A stretch of DNA of 64,000 nucleotides. Origin: an uncultured Candidatus Babeliaceae bacterium. Lineage in GTDB: Bacteria > Babelota > Babeliae > Babelales > Babelaceae. Position numbers and translations under genes: made by a program. The DNA lies in assembly GCA_963704655.1 (NCBI GenBank), contig OY969927.1, positions 512,001 to 576,000 of the forward strand. The letters run 5' to 3'. The first letter of the stretch is position 1; each line of letters begins with the position of its first letter. The notes under the pieces were generated by a model. The model did no database searches and was not told where the DNA came from. It saw only the letters and a list, made by a program, of their open reading frames with translations. Positions 49,049 to 58,426 of this stretch are shown here, one piece after another.

Positions 49049-49825
49049 ATGTTAAAAAAATATATAAGTGTCATGCTTCTTATGGGTACATTTTTACGCG
49101 CTAGTGAATGTCCACAACTTGCACCTTATTGCCAAAGTATCGAATGCCTAACGCAAGAAGAGTTGGAAGCAGTAAGAGCCTGCAGCAAAACATATAACAA
49201 CTTGGTAGTAACCAATGCATTACGCACCAGTAACCTGAATGTCACGTCTGCATCAACGCTAAACGGCTCTGCAACGGTAAATGGCACGCTTAATGTTAAT
49301 GGCACATTATTGGTAGATGGCTTAGATGTTGTAGCAGGGCTCCCTTCATTTGGAAGCTTTGTTAATGTTGACCCAGTACCTGCCGAAAATATTAATGCAA
49401 CAGTTTTATGGTCAACAGACAGCGGCGATACCACACTTGCAAACCCTTCAAACAAAGGTTTTGTCATAACGTCTACAGGGAGTGGCTTAATCAATGTTCA
49501 AAACACAGGAATCTTTTTATACAACTTTGGCGTTGTTCTTTCTGGAGTAGCGTCTCCAGATACACCGCAAGTTGCTACGGCTCAGCTTCTTCTTAACGGC
49601 TCACCAATTGTCATCCCTGTTGCGGCAGTAAGCAGTTTCACTATACCTGTAAACCCATCCCCCGACCTTACACCACAGCCATATGAATTAACAAGCTCAG
49701 GGCTCATTAACATCATGTCACTACCTGCAACACTAGCTTTAAGTATAAACTTAACACCTAGTTGGGAAATGCCAGAAAATGGCGATAGCGGAAATGCTTA
49801 CATAACGCTTATCCAAGTAAAATAA
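49049..49825 (+). CDS. Hypothetical secreted beta-rich protein, possible surface or fibre protein
   Basis: GGAG RBS; signal peptide; (T/L)xVNG repeats followed by a beta-rich C-terminal domain. Confidence 0.65.
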   Translation: MLKKYISVMLLMGTFLRASECPQLAPYCQSIECLTQEELEAVRACSKTYNNLVVTNALRTSNLNVTSASTLNGSATVNGTLNVNGTLLVDGLDVVAGLPSFGSFVNVDPVPAENINATVLWSTDSGDTTLANPSNKGFVITSTGSGLINVQNTGIFLYNFGVVLSGVASPDTPQVATAQLLLNGSPIVIPVAAVSSFTIPVNPSPDLTPQPYELTSSGLINIMSLPATLALSINLTPSWEMPENGDSGNAYITLIQVK

Positions 49826-49832
49826 TTCTCTC

Positions 49833-49866
49833 AAAAAAAAGCCCTGTATTTTCTACAGGGCTTTTA
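49833..49866. terminator. Bidirectional terminator
   Basis: aaaagccctgta...tacagggctttt. Confidence 0.75.
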
Positions 49867-49885
49867 AGTCTTACTATCCCATTTT

Positions 49886-50587
49886 TCATTCGTAAGTACC
49901 AGTATCAACAACAGCATCGGTATTACTCAACATTCTTGTAAAAAGAGCAGCTTTAACAACAGAATAGGCTGACCATGGGTGTACATCCATGCAATTTGAA
50001 GGTGGCCACTTTGTATGGGTATATCCCAATAACTCGGGCAATGTTTGAGGATGTGCTTCTTGAATCCACTTATGATTGTCACATTCAAGCATTTTACTCA
50101 AAATGAACAGATCCCGTACCCGAGTCTTTTCTAATAGGTCCCTATCTATTTTATCTATCCCACCACCGAAATCAATTAATGCATCTTCTAGTGCCCCAAT
50201 GCCTGAAACAAAAATGCGCAGGAGATCCTGTGGATTATGTTCTCGTATTGGCCTGTCTGATGTATAAGTAGCACTAAAATAAGACTTATCATACAAGAAA
50301 CTACTTGCAACTATATGCATATTATCACTCATATTCTGACGTCTAGCTACGTTATTAAAAGTATTTTCTCGTGTGATCTCACCATACCGCATCTTTAATA
50401 AAATCCAACGCCCACCTGAAATATAGGGAAATGACTTAAGAAGCGGATCTTTAAAAAAGCCATTTTCATTAATCTCTTGAAATATATCATTTGAGTAAGC
50501 ATCTACAATGCCATGCATACCATAAATATATATAGGCGAACATATAAAAAACAATTTTACTAAGAAAATAAGATTAATTTTTTTCAC
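49886..50587 (-). CDS. Hypothetical secreted protein, paralog of 50659..51393
   Basis: GIGALED, EKTRVRDL, LPELL, WPP and DVHPWSAYSVVK. Confidence 0.72.
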   Translation of the reverse strand: MKKINLIFLVKLFFICSPIYIYGMHGIVDAYSNDIFQEINENGFFKDPLLKSFPYISGGRWILLKMRYGEITRENTFNNVARRQNMSDNMHIVASSFLYDKSYFSATYTSDRPIREHNPQDLLRIFVSGIGALEDALIDFGGGIDKIDRDLLEKTRVRDLFILSKMLECDNHKWIQEAHPQTLPELLGYTHTKWPPSNCMDVHPWSAYSVVKAALFTRMLSNTDAVVDTGTYE

Positions 50588-50658
50588 ACAAGTTTCCCCC
50601 AAAAAGTAATTTCTTTATAAGGAACATATATCCGCTTTCACCGCCGCCTTGATATACT

Positions 50659-51393
50659 CTACTTTGCTTGATGCGAAATTTCTACGCTCCACTTCTCACT
50701 ATAATTGCTCATATCAATATCATCAACCTTCTGAGCTTTTCTTTTTGCAAGAGCCTCTTTAACAACGGTATATGCTGATTTTGGATGCACATCGTTCTTA
50801 CAACTTAAGGGCGGCCAGTTTGCATGCGTAGCATATAATAATTCTGGCAATGAATCTGGATCAGCACCGTTAATATCTGGCATATTATCATTTTCAAGTG
50901 CTGTTCTTAAAAGATACAAATCACACACGCGAGTTTTTTCCATGTTCTGCTTTATTGTTTTAGCCATATTATTACCTGTATGAATAAATACATCTTCTAG
51001 CGCTCCTATTCCTGCAGTGAACGTGCGCAGAAAATGTATGAGGTTATCAAACGAAACACCTCTTTTTGATGTATATATATTAACATCATAGGTTCTATTA
51101 TAACTATTTACAACCAAACGCACATCATCGCTATTCACCCGCCTATTAACATGATCATAAGCAAACATATTTTCTCTTAAAATTTCATCAGCACGCTTTC
51201 TTATTAAAAATAATCGTCCCCACTGAGTTTCTACAAGCATATTTGTAAGATAGTCATCCGTAAACCCGTCACGTTCGATTTCCGAGAACATATCCTTTAC
51301 TTGTCCCGCGGCAGGATTTTCCATGCCATGCATAAAGACCGGCGAACATATAAAAAAAAGTTTTGATAAGAAAATAAGATTATTTTTTTTCAT
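50659..51393 (-). CDS. Hypothetical secreted protein, paralog of 49886..50587
   Basis: GIGALED, EKTRVCDL, LPELL, WPP and DVHPKSAYTVVK. Confidence 0.72.
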   Translation of the reverse strand: MKKNNLIFLSKLFFICSPVFMHGMENPAAGQVKDMFSEIERDGFTDDYLTNMLVETQWGRLFLIRKRADEILRENMFAYDHVNRRVNSDDVRLVVNSYNRTYDVNIYTSKRGVSFDNLIHFLRTFTAGIGALEDVFIHTGNNMAKTIKQNMEKTRVCDLYLLRTALENDNMPDINGADPDSLPELLYATHANWPPLSCKNDVHPKSAYTVVKEALAKRKAQKVDDIDMSNYSEKWSVEISHQAK

Positions 51394-51418
51394 GATAAAT
51401 TCCAAGTTGAAAATTTAC

Positions 51419-52069
51419 TCATCTATTAAGTATAACTAATAATTTTTCTTTGGGGTTACCTCGACGCCTTATAAGTTCTTCAGCCGCTAATTCACGCACC
51501 CCATTCATATCAAATGCACTCAGTTCATTTTCATCGGCTCTCACAATATCATATAGATAATTAATACCTAGATGCGTTACAGCAAATTTTTGAGTTAAAG
51601 ACCTACGCATGCGCACTTGATTTTGATCCAAAAGATCTTGATCAGAAATTGTAGAATACCTAGCGAGTCTAATCAGCTCAAATACCCCATATAATGGGCT
51701 TCTTATCGAATTATTTTGTAATTCCGTCTTTTCTACAAAATATGATAATAAAGGGGACAAAACGATACACTTATCATTACTTTCTTTAAGATATAAGGAT
51801 AGTTTACCCCCACTAATATTCAAGCCATTGTCATTGTCAATATTTGCACGGGCAAACATGCTATCATCTGAAGTAAAAAAAAGTATATCTCGAACCTCAT
51901 CACGTACGCCTTGACTCAAATATATAGAATGAATAAGAGTAAAAAGTCTCTCTGAAACTGGTTTGACAATAATTACTTTTTCATTAAAAGAAAATTCAAA
52001 TTCCGTACAATAACTTAGTGCAGAAATTATAAAACTAAAAAAAATTATTAGCTTTTTATACAATAACAT
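51419..52069 (-). CDS. Hypothetical secreted protein
   Basis: AAGGA RBS; signal-like N-terminus. Confidence 0.6.
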   Translation of the reverse strand: MLLYKKLIIFFSFIISALSYCTEFEFSFNEKVIIVKPVSERLFTLIHSIYLSQGVRDEVRDILFFTSDDSMFARANIDNDNGLNISGGKLSLYLKESNDKCIVLSPLLSYFVEKTELQNNSIRSPLYGVFELIRLARYSTISDQDLLDQNQVRMRRSLTQKFAVTHLGINYLYDIVRADENELSAFDMNGVRELAAEELIRRRGNPKEKLLVILNR

Positions 52070-52169
52070 ATGAATGTCCTTAAATTATGGAATCAAAATC
52101 AAACAATGTTTTTCAGTACTACTTTAGAATGACATGTGTGAGATTACAAGTGTGCTCATTTAAAAGACT

Positions 52170-52219
52170 GGCCTGCCATCTGAAGCTTGCCGAGCGGGAA
52201 CGCCCGGATAAGCGAAAGA
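52170..52219. repeat. Family B palindromic element abutting the tRNA-Ala CCA end
   Basis: ggcctgccatctgaagcttgcc...ggataagcgaaaga; same arms as 62283-62332. Confidence 0.8.
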
Positions 52220-52295
52220 TGGTGGAGCTGACCGGGATCGAACCGGTGGCCTCATGAATGCCATCCATGCGCTCTACCAACTGAGCTACAGCCCC
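52220..52295 (-). tRNA. tRNA-Ala(GGC)
   Basis: GGGGCTGTAGCTCAGTTGGTAGAGCGCATGGATGGCATTCATGAGGCCACCGGTTCGATCCCGGTCAGCTCCACCA; 76 nt; G3:U70 pair; encoded CCA. Confidence 0.95.
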
Positions 52296-52302
52296 ATAAA
52301 AT

Positions 52303-52385
52303 CATGCGCTTTCAACTGAGCATACCCTGTCCGCCATAGCTTGCCAAGCCGGAAGGCCTGGATAAGCGACGGGGGAAGCCCCATA
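52303..52385 (-). pseudogene. Relic copy of the tRNA-Ala 5' half interrupted by a 51-bp family B element
   Basis: catgcgct-ttcaactgagc-atac[52326-52376]agccccata versus tRNA catgcgctctaccaactgagctacagccccata. Confidence 0.6.
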
Positions 52386-52514
52386 TTTAAATTGACATAT
52401 TTCAAGAGAATCAAGAATATAAAATAAGTATACTTTTAATTTTTCTAATTTCAATCTAAGCTATCAGACTAATAGTAGTTGTTATATGTAAAAAATTACG
52501 AAAGAGTAAACCCT

Positions 52515-54281
52515 ATGAATTACAAAATAATAGTATCGCTATTGACACTATTGGCTTTGCCAGCACTGTACCCATTTCAGACAAAAACTAAGATTGAGCA
52601 GACTTCTGCAACGCAATCACGCATAGAGATAGAATGTCAATTAGCACCTGACGAAATGCTGTTCCATAACTCAATACAGTTTTCTTGCAATATCCCATCA
52701 ATAAAAATTACCAAATGGTTTGCACTCAAAGATCCGCATACCTATTTTGACCCTCGTTCAAAAAAGTCTGAACCAGTGTACAGTGGATCAGTTATCTTTA
52801 CGCTTATCATTGAATCGCAACAAGAGATCCCTTCTCAAGCGATTATTCATATGTATTATCAAACAAACTTGGTAAAAAATCCGCAAGAAAAGTTTTTCTC
52901 TCTAGGCGCAGCACAGCAAGATGCGCCAACACAAGAGACACAAATAGCAAGCCCAAATGCGGGGCTTAAACTACCACAGGCGCCAGCAAAGAATTATCAA
53001 AAAGCTTCATTCACCCAAACACTTGCACAGATTACTACACAAGTAACTTCGCTTATTAAAGACAAAGAGCTCCCCCTTATTGTTAAGTTTCTTTTGGCCT
53101 TTATTATTGGTCTTATTATGAGCTTAACACCATGTATTTATCCTATGATTCCAATCACCATGGGGATTTTACAAGCAAATAAAGCGCATTCGCTGCTGCG
53201 TGGATTTTCATTGGCGTCAGCATACACCGCGGGCCTTTCTACCACCTTTGCAATTTTGGGAATGATTGCGGCATATGGTGGCGCACAGTTTGGTTCAGCC
53301 ATGGGGTCACCATGGGTTATTGTGCCTATTGTTATCTTTTTTGCCTATCTTGGCTTTTCTATGCTGGGATTTTATGAAATGCATATACCCCGCTTTATGC
53401 AGCCACGCCATGGTCACAAAAATAACGGCTCATTTTTATCTGCGTTCACTTTTGGTATTATCAATGGCACAGTAGCATCACCTTGCTTATCCCCTGGATT
53501 GGCATTAATTTTGGGAATTGTTTCAGGACTTGGGAACCCGATTTTAGGTTTTTTGCTTCTGTTTGTCTTTGGTGTCGGCTCAAGCTTTCCACTACTTGTT
53601 ATTGGAACATTCTCTAGCTCTCTTCATGTTTTACCACGTGCTGGGATGTGGATGATCGAATTCAAAAAAGTATTTGGATTTTTACTGTTAGGCATGTGTT
53701 TATACTACTTAAAATCATTTATGTTTGAATGGGTATACCACCTTGCTTTAGGTTTTTATATCATTATTATTGCAGCATACTATTTACACTATGGCTTTAA
53801 ACACCGTTCATGGTTAGCAAAAATTACCGGCGTCATGTTATGTCTGGCTGCAGCGTTCACCTTAACAGAAAGCTACCGCGTTATTTGGCGCAAAGCTACA
53901 ACTATACAACCGGGACAAAGGCTGGCCTGGCGCGCAGGTTATGAAACAATTCGTGCACAAGCAATCGCAGAGAATAAACTTGTGCTACTCGATTTTACTG
54001 CAGAATGGTGCACATTATGCAAAAAATTGGAAAAACAGTTTTTCAGTGAACAACTTATCTGCCAAGAAATTCCAAAACGCGTTATTCCACTAAAAATAGA
54101 TTGCACCGATAACAGCGGCGTTGAATGTGTTGGCGCACGCAAGAAATTTGGTGTCATGGGCTACCCTGCCATTATCCTTATGGACCCAAAAGATGAAACT
54201 ATCTTACAACGTTGGGACAGCGACCTTAACTACAAAGACCCACAAGAATTTATCAATGAACTTGATAGCTTTATTAAATAA
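52515..54281 (+). CDS. dsbD: Thiol:disulfide interchange protein DsbD-like (TM domain plus thioredoxin)
   Basis: SLTPCIYPMIP, ASPCLSP, LPRAGMWM and DFTAEWCTLCK. Confidence 0.85.
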   Translation: MNYKIIVSLLTLLALPALYPFQTKTKIEQTSATQSRIEIECQLAPDEMLFHNSIQFSCNIPSIKITKWFALKDPHTYFDPRSKKSEPVYSGSVIFTLIIESQQEIPSQAIIHMYYQTNLVKNPQEKFFSLGAAQQDAPTQETQIASPNAGLKLPQAPAKNYQKASFTQTLAQITTQVTSLIKDKELPLIVKFLLAFIIGLIMSLTPCIYPMIPITMGILQANKAHSLLRGFSLASAYTAGLSTTFAILGMIAAYGGAQFGSAMGSPWVIVPIVIFFAYLGFSMLGFYEMHIPRFMQPRHGHKNNGSFLSAFTFGIINGTVASPCLSPGLALILGIVSGLGNPILGFLLLFVFGVGSSFPLLVIGTFSSSLHVLPRAGMWMIEFKKVFGFLLLGMCLYYLKSFMFEWVYHLALGFYIIIIAAYYLHYGFKHRSWLAKITGVMLCLAAAFTLTESYRVIWRKATTIQPGQRLAWRAGYETIRAQAIAENKLVLLDFTAEWCTLCKKLEKQFFSEQLICQEIPKRVIPLKIDCTDNSGVECVGARKKFGVMGYPAIILMDPKDETILQRWDSDLNYKDPQEFINELDSFIK

Positions 54282-55044
54282 CATAAGGGGACCGTTAACG
54301 GTCCCCTTTTTTATGTCCGTATTTTTTACTCCGTTTTTGATACTTTCACTTGATCCACCATTATTTGAAAATAATGACGATGACGATTTTGGAGTTTTAG
54401 CGTTGAGTGATAATGAAAGTGATGACGAGTATGAAATAGTAAATAAAGAAACAGACTTTGCTCATGTAAAAGAAAACCCTACAACGCAAAAATTATATGC
54501 AAGCTTTTTAGCAATCAAAAGAGGCTTACGTTTTCTCCAATCTTTAGACACAAATAAGCAGATAAAGATAGATGGGCTGCTTGAATTAATTGACGTTGAG
54601 TATAAACCAGCATTCGGTTTTTCAGCCTTGCTTTGTTTAAGCCAAGCAATACCCTATGATAATAAAGAAGCGCGGGCACATCTACATAATCTTTTAGATC
54701 CAAAGGTACGCGATATCACCATTCTACCTGCAGGCTCAAAAGAACTTTATGATGTACTTCAAGCAACAGGACTCAAGCTTCTTGTTAAAGGAACAAGGAT
54801 ACCTCCAGGGTGCGACTTTGAAAGACAATTTTTTGCAAAAACAAAGATAACTGCGCTATGTGATTGGATTGAATATCTTAAAAAGATGCATAAACCTGAA
54901 ATACTTACTACAAAGTTTATTGAATATTCGCAGGCCATGCTTACCGATAAACCAGATTTTTTCACTACAGAAGAACATATTCTTGATGAAAATAATGATA
55001 AAAAAATTTTAGAAAGATGGCGCTCACACAATAAAAAAACTTAA
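54256..55044 (+). CDS. Hypothetical protein, start uncertain (54256 or 54313)
   Basis: Long open frame; hydrophobic N-terminal stretch followed by an acidic tract. Confidence 0.6.
   Translation: MNLIALLNNIRGPLTVPFFMSVFFTPFLILSLDPPLFENNDDDDFGVLALSDNESDDEYEIVNKETDFAHVKENPTTQKLYASFLAIKRGLRFLQSLDTNKQIKIDGLLELIDVEYKPAFGFSALLCLSQAIPYDNKEARAHLHNLLDPKVRDITILPAGSKELYDVLQATGLKLLVKGTRIPPGCDFERQFFAKTKITALCDWIEYLKKMHKPEILTTKFIEYSQAMLTDKPDFFTTEEHILDENNDKKILERWRSHNKKT
54284..54312 (+). terminator. Intrinsic terminator after dsbD
   Basis: aaggggaccgttaacggtcccctt followed by a T-run. Confidence 0.7.
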
Positions 55045-55045
55045 A

Positions 55046-55570
55046 CTACTTTATATATTTTTCCATGCTATAGGCATCATAGAAAAAGCCTTCAAATTGA
55101 AGATCGTCTTTAAATACCCCAACTTGTTTAAAACCACACTGTTCATAAAGTTTTATTGCTGATTCAAGTACTGTGGTAACATCAAGCCAAATTTTTTTAA
55201 TATTCTTGCGTTCAGCGGCATCGGAAAATGCACGTTCGATTAACGCTTTTCCTATGCCTAAGTTGCGCGCATTCGGCGTTACATACAGTGAAGCAATATG
55301 CGCTTTATGTTTAACCTTTTCATTCTGTTCATACAAAATGCCGATCATGCCAATAAGCTTGCCGTTCTTTTCTGCAAAAAACATGCGGCTTTTATCAGGC
55401 TGAGTAGAATTAACAAGTCGCTGTATCCAAACAATGTCAGCATACCGGCCTTCATCTTCAGGCGTGCCCAAAAATGCAAGCGGCACTTCATACAACGCTT
55501 CTAAACGTAAAGCCTTGTACTCCTGCCAACGACGTGGATCGAGCTTGATGATAGTAAATGCGTTGTTCAT
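55046..55570 (-). CDS. GNAT family acetyltransferase
   Basis: YKALRLEAL, LYVTPNARNLGIG and AIKLYEQCGF. Confidence 0.85.
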   Translation of the reverse strand: MNNAFTIIKLDPRRWQEYKALRLEALYEVPLAFLGTPEDEGRYADIVWIQRLVNSTQPDKSRMFFAEKNGKLIGMIGILYEQNEKVKHKAHIASLYVTPNARNLGIGKALIERAFSDAAERKNIKKIWLDVTTVLESAIKLYEQCGFKQVGVFKDDLQFEGFFYDAYSMEKYIK

Positions 55571-55580
55571 TCTATTTCCA

Positions 55581-56231
55581 TTAATAAAGAAGATACGTAT
55601 AATTCGGAATTTTAACTTTATATTCAGTATAGCCACCTTCAAGGTCACTATATTGATCGCCTACAGATGCAACAATGTTATATCCCTGCTCTTCAAGCTC
55701 TTGGCGATGTTTACTTTTATATTCAAGCGCAGTTAATTTCCGCTCATCATCATTGCGGGTTATTAATAAATCGACCTTTTTATAACCAGCTGCAGTAAGA
55801 TTGCGTAATGTTGCCTCGCGCTCGTCATTACGACGGCCGGTTAATAAAATTATCTTGCACCCTCGCTCGACAAAAAAATCATACAAGCGTTTAACATGAG
55901 GCACCACCGGTGAATGTGCACGCATAACCCACTCATGATATAATGGTGGCACAAAACCAAACTGTATCTTTTTCATATCATAATATGACCATAAAAGTGT
56001 ATCATCGATATCAAAGACCACAGCAGATTGAGGGTTACAGCAAACACGTGGATAAAAATACTCTATTGCTTGATCAACAACAAGTTTAACGTCTGATTCA
56101 AAAAAACCATTTTCATAATAACGTTCAACTTCTTCTTTTGCTAACGTAAGATTTTTTGGTTTTCTATCACAACCAACTAATACAAAAAGACCAAGAAATA
56201 AAATAGTAATTTTTCTTAAGAAAAAAGTCAT
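55581..56231 (-). CDS. HAD superfamily IIIB acid phosphatase, lipoprotein
   Basis: Lipobox LVGC; FDIDDT, LTGR, GDQYSDL and KIPN. Confidence 0.85.
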   Translation of the reverse strand: MTFFLRKITILFLGLFVLVGCDRKPKNLTLAKEEVERYYENGFFESDVKLVVDQAIEYFYPRVCCNPQSAVVFDIDDTLLWSYYDMKKIQFGFVPPLYHEWVMRAHSPVVPHVKRLYDFFVERGCKIILLTGRRNDEREATLRNLTAAGYKKVDLLITRNDDERKLTALEYKSKHRQELEEQGYNIVASVGDQYSDLEGGYTEYKVKIPNYTYLLY

Positions 56232-56360
56232 ACTGCCCCCTTATAGCTATAATAACTATACATGAACTCATGACTATTATTCAATAATTATGATAATTTG
56301 TTTAAAAATACCCAATAAAGTATAATATTTTGGTTATTTAAAATGCTCAGGGAGAGTCTC

Positions 56361-57365
56361 ATGAACCAAAAACTTATCAATTATTTACAGCTTATTTCTT
56401 GTCTTTATTACATACCCGCTTTTTGTCTTAATGCACCTAAAGATGCCTTTGAAATACTTAGAACAACCCATACCATGAATGCAAAAGCTGCACAAGAGAC
56501 GATTAGAATACTCTTAAAGTATGACGGGCTTAAAGCTGATGAACTCTATATTGATGGTCCAAACAATGAAGAACCAATCACTATATCGCCTGTTTATTAT
56601 GCGGCACTTACTGCTCTAAAAACTAATAAACTTGTTCCTTTTGAAACATTGCTCGCTGAATCAGACCCTGATAAACCCGGCGTTTCAAAGGGCAAAAAAT
56701 CAAAAACACTCTATGAATATGCTTTGCTGAACTTAAAAAAGAGCACCTATTCAAAAAAAACCACTGAAAAAATGTTAAAGCTTGTTCTAAAAAGAAAACA
56801 AAAACTTGGCCACAATTATTGCCCTATAATTAGTGGCGCATTTGAATTACCTAAAGAAGATTGTTTAGAACTTATTAACGATCTTTTAGGAGCTGGACTA
56901 AATCCAGACACTATCTATCCAGAAAGTAATGAACGTCTGCAAGGTTTAGCGCCGATTGCCTATACAGCTGGCCTTGCCGTTCTTAAAGGAAACCTGAATG
57001 CATTTAAGGCCCTTTTGCAAAAATCAGACCCACGAAATTTTGTTGCCCATCAAAGTCAAAAAAGAACGTTAGTAAACTTTGTTTATGCGCTTGAAAAAAC
57101 AGTCACTGATGATTTCATCGAAAACCTTTTTACCACTGATAATTTTGATTGTGAACAAATTGAAAGAGCTGAGAAATTAAAAGAGCTCACCATGAAACGA
57201 TGTGTAGATATCGATACTGCAGATGACAAAACCCTGAGTACTTTAGATGAAAATGAGTTTAAGCAAGCATGTCAGAACGCCGGATTATCAATATTACGTT
57301 ATAAACTTGCTTTACATAATAAACAAATAACTGATGATAACATTACACAAGCGGATTTTGAATAA
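56361..57365 (+). CDS. Hypothetical secreted protein with an internal duplication
   Basis: SPVYYAALTALKTNKLVPFETLLAESDP versus APIAYTAGLAVLKGNLNAFKALLQKSDP. Confidence 0.65.
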   Translation: MNQKLINYLQLISCLYYIPAFCLNAPKDAFEILRTTHTMNAKAAQETIRILLKYDGLKADELYIDGPNNEEPITISPVYYAALTALKTNKLVPFETLLAESDPDKPGVSKGKKSKTLYEYALLNLKKSTYSKKTTEKMLKLVLKRKQKLGHNYCPIISGAFELPKEDCLELINDLLGAGLNPDTIYPESNERLQGLAPIAYTAGLAVLKGNLNAFKALLQKSDPRNFVAHQSQKRTLVNFVYALEKTVTDDFIENLFTTDNFDCEQIERAEKLKELTMKRCVDIDTADDKTLSTLDENEFKQACQNAGLSILRYKLALHNKQITDDNITQADFE

Positions 57366-58356
57366 CTTCTTTTTGGTCCATTTTTATGATTACTGGCTTA
57401 TGAGCATCTAAGTCATGCTGCAAGAGATCAACCATCTGAAGATTTCTGTTTTCATACGTGTGCCAATAATATTTTTTATTGGTTATATCTGCGCCTGACG
57501 TCCATAACGTGCAATCGGATAATAAACCAGTCTTGGTTTCTTCTCGAACTGCGCCCAGCGGGATATCAAACAGATCTAAAAGATGAAACAGTAATTTACG
57601 TGCCTCAAGTTCTGTTTTGGGTTTAACGGCCAAGTGGCTCAAAAAGGCAGCACGTACAAAACGTGCAGGCGGCGTAAAATCCCCCGGCAACCCAAGCAAG
57701 CCCGAGCCTTGCCCCGTTTGCGTTATCTCTAATTGCCCCAAATCGATTTTTTCTGTGTTTAAAGCTGAAAGATGGACATAATTTTTTAGATTAGTCATAT
57801 GCCAATCAAAGCTTGGTGAGTTGGTAATAACACCCAATGGGTTATCATGCATATGAAGTTTACCCTTAAGATATTCAATAACAAGGCTGTTGCCTGCGCT
57901 ATCATGCACAACAGCATGCACGGGTATCTCTGCACCCCATTGTGGCAATATAGCCTTGCCTACTTTAATAGCAGGCAGTGCTGCGCGTACTTCATCAACT
58001 GTTGCGCAGGTAGTTAATATCCAGGTTAATAATTCCCATGAAGCAAGAGAATTTTTTGACTGATCGGGAGCAACTATTTGATATTCTGCGTAACCGGGGA
58101 AATAAAAAAGCCCTCCGGCTAAACCCTTTTCATTGACGCCATCAATAACACCAATGACACCTAGTGCATTTGCGCCAACAACGGCATAGCGGGATTTCCA
58201 CTGCAAGCCTTCCGGTTTGCCTGAAGGGGCTGTTCCTACAAAAGCATAATTACGCGGGATAATAATAATATCTGATTCAGTGGATTGACCGAACTCTAAC
58301 GTGCGGCCATAAACTACCGCACCATTTTCTGCAATTAAACGAACACCTGTGCACAT
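57343..58356 (-). CDS. Choloylglycine hydrolase/penicillin V acylase (Ntn hydrolase)
   Basis: N-terminal MCT nucleophile, GRTLEF, DGVNEKGL, TNSP and GLPGDFTPPARF. Confidence 0.9.
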   Translation of the reverse strand: MCTGVRLIAENGAVVYGRTLEFGQSTESDIIIIPRNYAFVGTAPSGKPEGLQWKSRYAVVGANALGVIGVIDGVNEKGLAGGLFYFPGYAEYQIVAPDQSKNSLASWELLTWILTTCATVDEVRAALPAIKVGKAILPQWGAEIPVHAVVHDSAGNSLVIEYLKGKLHMHDNPLGVITNSPSFDWHMTNLKNYVHLSALNTEKIDLGQLEITQTGQGSGLLGLPGDFTPPARFVRAAFLSHLAVKPKTELEARKLLFHLLDLFDIPLGAVREETKTGLLSDCTLWTSGADITNKKYYWHTYENRNLQMVDLLQHDLDAHKPVIIKMDQKEVIQNPLV

Positions 58357-58426
58357 GCTATCCCCTTAAGAATATTTTTCTTATACTATCGCTTAATTAT
58401 AAGAAAATATTCAAGAGAAATAGTAG

